This document shows, one piece after another, positions 10,425 to 18,571 of a DNA stretch of 64,000 nucleotides. Numbering within the stretch: position 1 is the first letter of the stretch; every line of letters starts with the position of its first letter. Both the position numbers and the translations under genes were made by a program. Under the pieces are notes generated by a model. The model did no database searches, was not told the DNA's origin, and was given only the letters and a program-made list of their open reading frames with translations. The stretch comes from an uncultured Thermodesulfobacteriota bacterium (GTDB lineage Bacteria; Desulfobacterota; GWC2-55-46; JADFVP01). Location of the stretch: contig CAYOVP010000004.1 in NCBI GenBank assembly GCA_964407495.1, positions 329 to 64,328 of the forward strand. The letters are read 5' to 3'.

Positions 10425-10994
10425 TCAGTCGATGTTCCAACTCTCCACGTCACTGTCAAAGCCCTCGCCGCCCCTCGCGCCGTCGGCGCCGAGGGAGAGG
10501 ATGTCGTAGTCGCCGTGAAGCCCGGGCGAGGCGTAGATGTAGGGGTTGTCCCAGGGGTCAAGGGGCACCTTGCCCGTATCGAGGTACCCTCCGGTGCGCC
10601 AGTTCCGGGGGATGACGCCCACGGTAGGTCTTGAGACCAGGGCCTCGAGCCCCTGATCGGTGCTGGGGTAGCGCCCGTTGTCGAGTTTGTAGAGTTTGAG
10701 TGCAGTCTCGAAGTTCTTTATCTGGACCTTTGCCTCTGTCACCTTGGCCTCGTCGGCACGCCCGATGAGCCTGGGCGCGATGATGGCGGCAAGTGCGCCG
10801 AGGATGACGATGACGACCATGAGTTCAATGAGGGTAAAGCCACGGCTCTCCCTGAGCAGGCAGGGTCTTCGCGCCGCCTCGGCCCTGGCCGCAAGAGGGC
10901 CATCGCCACGCCACTGCATAACTACACTCTCTGCCAGCGAACCTGAATTCTCTCTTGCCCTTTTCATTATCTCGGATGCTCTCCTCGTCTTCAA
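10425..10994 (-). CDS. gspG: Major pseudopilin GspG
   Basis: [69 protein letters not shown], a canonical GspG sequence. Confidence 0.9.
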   Translation of the reverse strand: MKTRRASEIMKRARENSGSLAESVVMQWRGDGPLAARAEAARRPCLLRESRGFTLIELMVVIVILGALAAIIAPRLIGRADEAKVTEAKVQIKNFETALKLYKLDNGRYPSTDQGLEALVSRPTVGVIPRNWRTGGYLDTGKVPLDPWDNPYIYASPGLHGDYDILSLGADGARGGEGFDSDVESWNID

Positions 10995-11006
10995 GGCCCA
11001 TAGGGC

Positions 11007-12236
11007 TCAGAGTATGATACCTCCTGCCACTGGGTAGCCGCCGTGTTCGAGGACAAAGCGGCCAGTCTCCTGTATCTCGGAGAATGAGTCCACGGCCACT
11101 GGTCTGCTGAGTTTTATCTCCACCTCGGCCACCTCTGATGGTTTTATCACAGAAGAGTCCCTCTCCACAACCTCTATGGAGGCAGGGTCGAACCTCTGGT
11201 AGATCCTCTCTATCACCCCTTCCACATCCTGGGTGGCGCACTTGAAGGAGAGGGGTCTGCCTATGGTATAGTCCTTGTCCACCATCCAGAAGATATTGGC
11301 ATGTACAGAGTCCGTGACGCTGGGCCCTGCCTTGTCTACGATTATCTCTCCACGCCCCAGTTCAGCGCCCTCCACGATGACGCCGATGGAGTCTCCTGCA
11401 GGGGCCTCCTTTATTCCGTCCTCGAGGAATTTTCTAATCTCCTTTATCCTTGCCTTCCTGTTCTCGGGAAGCACGATGACCTCCTCACCGGCACGAAGCA
11501 CACCGGCCTCCACCCTGCCCACGACGACCTTCTCGCCATCTATCTCGTATATGTCCTGCACCGGGAACCTGAGCCCCCTGTCTGTAGCCTCCTTGGACTC
11601 GAAACTATCGAGGGCCTCGAGAACTGTGGGCCCATCGTACCACTTCATGTTCTCTGACCTCGCGGCCACGTTGTCGCCCTCCATTGCCGAAATGGGTATG
11701 GTGTACGAGGGCGCTATGCCAAGTCCGGTGAGCACGTCCACTATATTCTTCTTGACCGTGGTGAAGGTCTCTTCAGAATATCCCGTAAGGTCCATCTTGT
11801 TAAGGAGCACGGCCACCTGCCTGATGCCCAAGAGAGCGAGTACGTGGCAGTGCCTGAGGGTCTGTTCTTCCACGCCGCGCGCCGCGTCCACGAGCATAAT
11901 GGCGGCCTCTGCCTGAGAAGTGCCGCTTATCATGTTCTTCAGGAACTCCCTGTGCCCAGGGGCGTCAATTATGACATACCGCCTTCTCTCGGTCTGGAAA
12001 AAGGTATGGGCTATGTCTATGGTAATGCCCTGGTCGCGCTCTTCCTTGAGGTTGTCCATTACGTGGGCAAACTCTATCTTGCCGTCTTTACTACCAGCGG
12101 CCCCGGAACTCTCCTTTATCTCCTCAATCTTGTCGGGCGAGAGGCACCCCGTGTCATAGAAGAGCCTCCCAACAAGGGTACTCTTCCCGTGGTCCACGTG
12201 CCCTACTATCACTATGTGAAGTTCTTTTTCTTCCAT
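11007..12236 (-). CDS. cysN: Sulfate adenylyltransferase GTPase subunit CysN/NodQ-like. No fused APS-kinase domain.
   Basis: G-domain motifs [14 protein letters not shown] and NKMD. 409 aa. Paired with cysD upstream. Confidence 0.8.
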   Translation of the reverse strand: MEEKELHIVIVGHVDHGKSTLVGRLFYDTGCLSPDKIEEIKESSGAAGSKDGKIEFAHVMDNLKEERDQGITIDIAHTFFQTERRRYVIIDAPGHREFLKNMISGTSQAEAAIMLVDAARGVEEQTLRHCHVLALLGIRQVAVLLNKMDLTGYSEETFTTVKKNIVDVLTGLGIAPSYTIPISAMEGDNVAARSENMKWYDGPTVLEALDSFESKEATDRGLRFPVQDIYEIDGEKVVVGRVEAGVLRAGEEVIVLPENRKARIKEIRKFLEDGIKEAPAGDSIGVIVEGAELGRGEIIVDKAGPSVTDSVHANIFWMVDKDYTIGRPLSFKCATQDVEGVIERIYQRFDPASIEVVERDSSVIKPSEVAEVEIKLSRPVAVDSFSEIQETGRFVLEHGGYPVAGGIIL

Positions 12237-12260
12237 TACCGGTTCTCCTCTTGCGTTATC

Positions 12261-13064
12261 TTACATGTACCCCAGTGAGCGGAGTTTCTGCATGGTATAG
12301 GCGTCTTCCTTGTCCTGAGCCCGACCCGCCCTCTCCGAGGTCTTGGAGTTCGTTATCTCGGCTATAATCTCATCTACGTTCGAGGCCGTGGACTCGATGG
12401 GGCCGCAGCAGGGCTGGCACCCGATAGAGCGGAAGCGCTTGCCTTCCTTGCTGAAGTAGAGTTCCGATATGGGCAGGTTCTCCCTCTTCACGTACTTCCA
12501 GATATCGAGTTCCGTCATGTGGAGTATGGGGTGGACGCGCACATGGTCCTCGCCCTCGGACTCGGACTTGTACTGGTCCCAGAGTTCTGCTGGCTGGTCT
12601 TCGTAGTTCCACCGGAAGTTCTCGTCGCGTGGAGAAAAGACCCTTTCCTTGGCCCTGATACCGTGCTCGTCGCGGCGGATGCCGAGGAGAAGTGCCTTGA
12701 AGCCATACTTGGCAATGGTCTTTTTCAGGGCATTGGTCTTCAAGGTGTTGCAGCAATCCAGTTTGCTGCCCTTTCCAGGGCCCATGCCCGCCTCGAGGGC
12801 CTTGTCGTCGCGCCCAACGATGAGGTCGAGGTCCCACTTCTTGGCGTACTCGTCGCGGAACCTGTACATCTCTGGAAACTTGTAGCCCGTGTCTATGTGG
12901 ATGACCGGAAAGGGGATCTTACCGAAGAAGGCCTTTCTGCAGAGCCAGAGGAGGGTGGTGGAGTCCTTTCCAACAGACCAGAGCACGGCGATATTACGGA
13001 ACTTGTAATAGGCCTCCCTGATGATGAAAATACTCTTGTTCTCGAGCATTGTTAGTTGATCCAT
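12261..13064 (-). CDS. cysD: Sulfate adenylyltransferase subunit 2 CysD (PAPS-reductase fold)
   Basis: PP-loop SVGKDSTTLLWL. 267 aa. Directly upstream of cysN. Confidence 0.8.
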   Translation of the reverse strand: MDQLTMLENKSIFIIREAYYKFRNIAVLWSVGKDSTTLLWLCRKAFFGKIPFPVIHIDTGYKFPEMYRFRDEYAKKWDLDLIVGRDDKALEAGMGPGKGSKLDCCNTLKTNALKKTIAKYGFKALLLGIRRDEHGIRAKERVFSPRDENFRWNYEDQPAELWDQYKSESEGEDHVRVHPILHMTELDIWKYVKRENLPISELYFSKEGKRFRSIGCQPCCGPIESTASNVDEIIAEITNSKTSERAGRAQDKEDAYTMQKLRSLGYM

Positions 13065-13092
13065 GGTATCTCCTTCTTATTGAATTACAAGG

Positions 13093-14499
13093 TTAATCCG
13101 AGAGAAAATCGAGTATTATGGCGGCAAGGGCCTCTATATGGAGGCGCCCATCCGTGACCTGGCCCCTGGGCAGTATGGCGTGCGCATCGTGGCGCGTATG
13201 CATGCCCGTGAACCTGCCCTTTCCGAATATATCGGTCTTATTGAAAGAACTCTTCAGGTCAAAGCCAGGGTTTGCGAGGCATACGAGATCAGGCCCAACC
13301 TCGGCGGCCGGCCCGCTGTAGAGTTCGTCCTTGTCATATATCCTCTTTATAACCTTCCTTCCCTCGAAGTCGAGTGAGCCGAGAAGCCCCTTTATCTCCT
13401 CTACCACTGCCGCGACATCTGCCCCGCTCACCGCGCCCTCGGGATATTTGCCGGCCCGGTTTAGGTATATTCGTGCAGGCTCCATGGCAAAGGCCTTTGT
13501 GGGGGCCTTTACCTGTTCGAAGTACTCGCGGGACTCATCGAGGTGCAGTATGCCCTCCCTCTGAAAGAGCCTGTTCACGTAGACCTCTTTTTCGAGTACC
13601 GTGAAGCCGTGGTCTGACATGGTCATGAAGAGCCCCTCGCCTCCGGTCTTCTCGAAAAAGCGCGAGAAGAGTTCTCCCACGATATCGTCTATCTTCTTGT
13701 AGAAGTCTATGAACCTGCCGTGGTACCTGTGTGCCTCGTCGAAGGCGGCATCAAAGAAGAAGTGGTGAAGGCGGTCCGTCTCGGTGATTACGGCGATAAA
13801 GAGGTCCCAGGGCTCGGTCTCCATGAAGTGGGTGTACGCCTCCATGCGCTTGTCGAGCACGTAGTCCAGTTCCTCGAAAAAGGCATCCGGGTCTGTGGCG
13901 GCCTTCGTGGCGTCGACGTCTGAGCGATATCCAATGGACTTCAGGTAATCATAGGCGCTTGCCGGGTATGTGCCCTTCTCAAGGTCTATGCAGACAAAAC
14001 CCGCGGTGAGGACCCCGTTGAGCCTTGCCGCAGGGTATGTCTCTGGTATGTTCATCACAACGGAGTAAAGGGGGTCCGGGAAGCGGCCCCTGTAGCGGTC
14101 CAGAAGGGTAGACGTCTTGTCTCCAGAGGTGCCGCCTATGATATCCCAGATGGAAGGGGCGCCCATGTGCGAGTATGATGGAAAGTACATGGAGTAGGAG
14201 CCTGGTTTCAGGTCCATGAAGCCGTATATACCGTGCTCGCCTGGGTTCACTCCAGTGAGGAACGATGCCCAGGAAGTGGACGATACGTCTGGTATCGATG
14301 CATCCATCTCGTGGAGGCCGAAGCCGCTTGAGAGTATCTCTTCAAGGTGCGGCATGAGGCCGCCTTTCATGTACCTTGTCAGAAGCCCCTCTGAGACGCC
14401 ATCGAGGCCCACGGCAAGGCATCTTTTCCTCTTATTCCCTGACAATGCTGCCCCCTCTGTAATAAGCCTGTTTGATGATACTCTACTACCCCGCCGCAA
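13093..14499 (-). CDS. Alkaline-phosphatase-superfamily enzyme, type I phosphodiesterase/nucleotide pyrophosphatase (NPP) family. Paralog 1 of 3.
   Basis: VGLDGV...SSTSWASFLTGVNPGEHGIYGF, NPP-like metal/nucleophile region. Paralogous to 29789-31450 and 32630-34291. Confidence 0.6.
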   Translation of the reverse strand: MRRGSRVSSNRLITEGAALSGNKRKRCLAVGLDGVSEGLLTRYMKGGLMPHLEEILSSGFGLHEMDASIPDVSSTSWASFLTGVNPGEHGIYGFMDLKPGSYSMYFPSYSHMGAPSIWDIIGGTSGDKTSTLLDRYRGRFPDPLYSVVMNIPETYPAARLNGVLTAGFVCIDLEKGTYPASAYDYLKSIGYRSDVDATKAATDPDAFFEELDYVLDKRMEAYTHFMETEPWDLFIAVITETDRLHHFFFDAAFDEAHRYHGRFIDFYKKIDDIVGELFSRFFEKTGGEGLFMTMSDHGFTVLEKEVYVNRLFQREGILHLDESREYFEQVKAPTKAFAMEPARIYLNRAGKYPEGAVSGADVAAVVEEIKGLLGSLDFEGRKVIKRIYDKDELYSGPAAEVGPDLVCLANPGFDLKSSFNKTDIFGKGRFTGMHTRHDAHAILPRGQVTDGRLHIEALAAIILDFLSD

Positions 14500-15100
14500 T
14501 GGCAGGGAGAATGGTTACCTACATTTAAGGTGGATCGTTTTTCCTTATTATCTTCTATCCTGGACGGGTGTGATGTATTGAGACATGATCCCGAGGTTCT
14601 CTCGACTGGACTCAACAGGATGGCAGATGACGGCTACAGGGGCCTGGCCCAAGGACGCATGTACCTTGCAGTAGCCATAACGCCCCAATGTCTTATTATA
14701 CCCGGCTGGAATGTCTTTTCAAGGATAAAAGCCGTGGCCAGGGCATGGAGCGCTCTCCCTGGTAGAACTCTCTGTAATTGCCCCCTTGTCTTTCCGATAC
14801 CCCCATGATGCACCCTGTATCTATCGCTGCATACCCACCTATAGACGCCTCCCCTCTGGTGCAGGCAAGGGGCAACCTGCCAGTCTCTTTCCCATCAAGG
14901 CGGGTCTCTGAACAAGGCGCTATCTCCGAGAGGTCCAACCGGCTGGGGAGCGCAGAGAAGGCCCCGTCGACAGTATCTACCTCGTATTATTCCACAGGAA
15001 TCACCATCGAGTCAAGGCGGAGAGGGCTCTCTTCCCTGGCAGTGCAGTAAAGAACCTCCCTGCCGGCCATGGTCCTGACCGGCAGAGAGATTGACGATAA

Positions 15101-16723
15101 TCATGGGGTAATGGTGTATGGGACTATATCCTCGTCGTAACTCGTACCCACTACCTCGGCCCTTCCGGCTATCTTGTAGGTGCCTGGCGCTATGGTGCTG
15201 GGAACGGTCTTCGTAAAGTTGGCTGTAACCGGTGTACCAGGGGCCACGTTGAGTGTCCGGGAATCGAGCGCCACCTCATGCCCATTGGGGAAGACTGCTA
15301 CTACGCTGGCCTTTACGGAATGGACTGCAACGTCGGTATTGTTGATGGTCACAGAATAGGAGATGCTTCCGCCACGGGCCACGGTTGTGGGCCCTATGGG
15401 GGTCACTGTCATGGTCACTGCCGGCGGCGGCAGAAGGAGTGTGTTATTTAGATTGAGCCTTCCACCGGTTCTGACCGGCAGACTTGCATGGTCCACCCCG
15501 GCCAATATGCGCCACTTTACCTCGTTTACAGTAAGTGTAGGGTCCATTGCCATGAGAAGCGTGGCGGCGCCGGTTACGTGAGGGGTGGCCATGGACGTAC
15601 CGTCAAAGACGCTGTAGGTATTGTTCGGCGTGGTGGAGAGTATGCCTACGCCTGGGGCTGCAAGGTCAACGGAGACGATGCCCATGTTGGAAAAAGTGGC
15701 CAGGGCATCGTTGTGGTCCGTGGCGGCAACGGATATGATATTGGATAGGTTGTATGCCGATGGATACTGTGGATAGGTGTCTGTGTTTACACCATCGTTA
15801 CCAGCAGCGGCAACGAAGACGCTGTTCGAGGCCTGTATGGCGTCGTACTCGGCCTGTGTATAGGAAGTACTCCCGTAGGAGTTGTTCGAGACCCTCACGC
15901 CCATGGAGGCCGCATAGTTGACGGCGCTGATTATGTCTGATGTGGAGGCCGAGCAGAGTACGAGAAAATATGTCCTGAAGACCTTGAGGGGCATTATCTG
16001 CACGTTCCAGTTCACGCCAGTGACACCAACACCGTTATTGCCCACCGCACCTATGGTGCCGGCGGTGTGCGTGCCGTGGCCTCCGCATGCGGCATCCGTA
16101 TCCGACGGGTCGTTGTCATTATGGGCGAAGTCCCAGCCGTGCACGTCGTCTATATAACCATTGCCGTCGTCGTCTATGCCGTTGGCCGGTATCTCACCTG
16201 GGTTGGTATACACATTCGCGGCTATATCCGGGTGGTTCATGTCCAGGCCCGTGTCTATATCTGCCACCACCATGTTCTGGTCACCCGTGAAGAGAGCCCA
16301 GGCCTCGGGGGCGTCTATGTCGGCGTCAAAGGTGCCGCCTGTCTGGCCGGTGTTATTGAGGCCCCAGAGGTTGGAGAAACTGGGGTCATTGGGCGTATTG
16401 GGGGCTACATCGAGGTAGCGCAAGGCGTTTAGTTCGGCGTACTTCACGATATCGAGGCCCTTGAGTATCCTCACGGCCCTCTTAGCCGTACCCTCTGGCA
16501 CCTTTACGTGAAGGACATGGATGCGGGCAAAGCGCTTCAAGATCTTTCCATTAACCCTCGCAAGGGCCCTGTCCCTGGCGGCCTGACTGACGCCGTCATT
16601 GAATCGGACGAGTAGTTCACCTGGCACAAAGGCCGGCCTGTCGTCTGCCTGTGCGGCAACGGCAAGGCCTCCAACGGCCACTACCAAAACAATTATCAGG
16701 ATTCCAAAACTCTTTCGTAACAT
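15101..16723 (-). CDS. Secreted subtilisin-like serine protease (peptidase S8) with N-terminal propeptide and C-terminal beta-sandwich domain
   Basis: Catalytic triad contexts DTGLDMNHPDI, HGTHTAGTIGA and GTSMATPHVTGAA. Start trimmed to ATG 16723 (MLRKSFGILIIVLVVAVGGLAVAAQA signal peptide), preceded by GAGGAGG. The listed ORF begins 99 nt further upstream. Confidence 0.85.
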   Translation of the reverse strand: MLRKSFGILIIVLVVAVGGLAVAAQADDRPAFVPGELLVRFNDGVSQAARDRALARVNGKILKRFARIHVLHVKVPEGTAKRAVRILKGLDIVKYAELNALRYLDVAPNTPNDPSFSNLWGLNNTGQTGGTFDADIDAPEAWALFTGDQNMVVADIDTGLDMNHPDIAANVYTNPGEIPANGIDDDGNGYIDDVHGWDFAHNDNDPSDTDAACGGHGTHTAGTIGAVGNNGVGVTGVNWNVQIMPLKVFRTYFLVLCSASTSDIISAVNYAASMGVRVSNNSYGSTSYTQAEYDAIQASNSVFVAAAGNDGVNTDTYPQYPSAYNLSNIISVAATDHNDALATFSNMGIVSVDLAAPGVGILSTTPNNTYSVFDGTSMATPHVTGAATLLMAMDPTLTVNEVKWRILAGVDHASLPVRTGGRLNLNNTLLLPPPAVTMTVTPIGPTTVARGGSISYSVTINNTDVAVHSVKASVVAVFPNGHEVALDSRTLNVAPGTPVTANFTKTVPSTIAPGTYKIAGRAEVVGTSYDEDIVPYTITP

Positions 16724-16926
16724 TAACGCCTCCTCGTCTTGATGTGTTGCTCCTTTTGCAAGATGCCTTCTGCCCGCCTTGAGCCGGGCATTCATTGAGA
16801 CCTGGAGATTGAGACCAGGCAATTATCACAAGGGCCCCTGAAGTACTTTTGGGAGCCACCCAGAAGACCATATCGAGTCTGCCAGGGAGAGAACTCCAGG
16901 TGGAAAGAGGGCCCACCCCATACTCA

Positions 16927-16944
16927 ATATAGCATATGCTATAT
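16927..16944. promoter_or_regulatory. Perfect 18-bp AT-rich palindrome ATATAGCATATGCTATAT about 200 bp upstream of the S8 protease start
   Basis: Exact dyad symmetry in an AT-rich island within otherwise high-GC DNA. Candidate dimeric-regulator operator. Confidence 0.4.
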
Positions 16945-17068
16945 CAGGCGTCCATACTTTTTTGAATCAATCATAAAAATTTCCCCGAAATCCCCAGATC
17001 AGCCCCCCAAGTTCCATGAAAACCTCGGCTTATTATACCAGTCCGCCTTAAGCCCCTTACCCTCCACT

Positions 17069-18571
17069 TCACGACGGCGGAGAGAGGGCCGCCCTCTCCT
17101 GCCACACTCCCTGATTCTGGTCGCCTCCATGAGGATATCTCAGTTCGAGCGCCTTGACAAGCCCCAGGTAGAGCCAGAGGAAACGCTCGAGAAAGACGGG
17201 ATGGAACTGTATCATGGTAAAGAAAGAGACAAAACCCGTAAAGAGGCCGACTCCCAGCCACCAGTCTGGCCCTCTCGAAAGGCGTACAAGGAGATTGAAG
17301 AGAGACTTGAAGGCAAATACGATGAGGCCTGTATAGGCAAAGAGACCTACGAGGCCTCCCGAGTCTGCGGCCTGGATGAAACTATTGTGCGCCGGCCAGC
17401 GGTAAAAATGCGCCGTATACCGTGGCGCGTTCCTTACCCCTATCCCCACCCATGGATGCCTGTAGATGAAGCCCAGCAGGCCGTCCCTCGCAAGTATAAC
17501 GCGTATGCGGTCCTCCTGCCATGTGAGGTTGTCATGAAGCGCCTCGACGGCCTTGTCAAGGAACCCCGCAGCCTCGGCCACGGCCAGAACAAGGAGAACA
17601 AGGGCAACCCAGTGAATGATGTGCCTGGGACGCCAGATGATGATCGTTAGGGCCATGCCTACAAAGAGCGAGAGGAGCGCGTCCTTTGAGAAGGTAAGCA
17701 GAACTACCACAACCATGAGACCCACGGCGCCTGAGAGATAGAATTTTTCCTTGAGCCCCATCCTGACGTAAATAAGCCTGTTGGCAAGGAGCAGTATGGA
17801 GGCGTTGAGAAAGAAGGTAAAGGGCTTGTATGTACCGAAGAAGGCAGGCACGCGGAGCATGGAGCCAAAGGAGGTATCCTCGAAGAGGAACTTGAGTTGG
17901 TCGCTGTCTATAAAGCCTATGAGGGGGTAGCCCGTAAAGATATAGAGGCCGTCCTGGACGATGGCTATGACGGAGGAAATGACGGTCATGATGATGAACC
18001 ACCGAAGGGCAAGCCTCACAGTCTTCATGTCCTTGAGGTAATTGACGAAGAGAAATGGTATGAAGACCATCTTCACACCAGTAATGAAGGAGTCCACGAG
18101 CTGGACCATGCCGTTATTTACGGCAGGGAGGATGAGGCTCGTAAGAAAGATGATATTGAGAAGATCGATTCCCGTGAGCGTGATAGTGGTCTCAGGGTCC
18201 AGCGATCTCACGAGAAGGACAAAACCGAAGAAGATGATGATTATCTCACTCAGGTCAAACCTGCCCATGGTGGTGAGGGCCATGGTCTGTATGCCCACCA
18301 TGTAGAGAATCACAAAGGTCTTCTCCGTGCTGTAATAGCGCGAGACTACCCTTATGACGAGGAAAGTCGTGACGAGAAGCCCGAAAAAGGCCGCGGTTAC
18401 CTCGAACTCGAAGGCCTTGAAGACATTGGTGCCACGGACCGTCAGGTCGGCCATATGGGAGAGGCGGTTGGCGAGGAAGGGCTCGGCAAAGACAAGTGCG
18501 CCGAGGAATGCCCCGAATACAAGGGCCAGGAATGTGGCTTCCATCCTGCGGCTGCCCGACTGCATCTTCAT
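17069..18571 (-). CDS. O-antigen ligase/polymerase family membrane protein (Wzy_C/WaaL-like)
   Basis: About 11 predicted TM helices and motif RYTAHFYRWPAHNSFIQAADSGGLVGL (R...H-N-x-x-I-x-x-A-x-x-x-G-L), as in Wzy_C. Confidence 0.6.
   Translation of the reverse strand: MKMQSGSRRMEATFLALVFGAFLGALVFAEPFLANRLSHMADLTVRGTNVFKAFEFEVTAAFFGLLVTTFLVIRVVSRYYSTEKTFVILYMVGIQTMALTTMGRFDLSEIIIIFFGFVLLVRSLDPETTITLTGIDLLNIIFLTSLILPAVNNGMVQLVDSFITGVKMVFIPFLFVNYLKDMKTVRLALRWFIIMTVISSVIAIVQDGLYIFTGYPLIGFIDSDQLKFLFEDTSFGSMLRVPAFFGTYKPFTFFLNASILLLANRLIYVRMGLKEKFYLSGAVGLMVVVVLLTFSKDALLSLFVGMALTIIIWRPRHIIHWVALVLLVLAVAEAAGFLDKAVEALHDNLTWQEDRIRVILARDGLLGFIYRHPWVGIGVRNAPRYTAHFYRWPAHNSFIQAADSGGLVGLFAYTGLIVFAFKSLFNLLVRLSRGPDWWLGVGLFTGFVSFFTMIQFHPVFLERFLWLYLGLVKALELRYPHGGDQNQGVWQERAALSPPS

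Noticed and set aside
9929-10561. gspH N-terminal extension overlapping gspG by 137 nt
   Set aside because: The extension is Thr/Pro/Ser-rich and precedes the prepilin motif. A GTG start abutting the gspG stop gives a normal-length pseudopilin, so the long ORF start is taken as an artefact.
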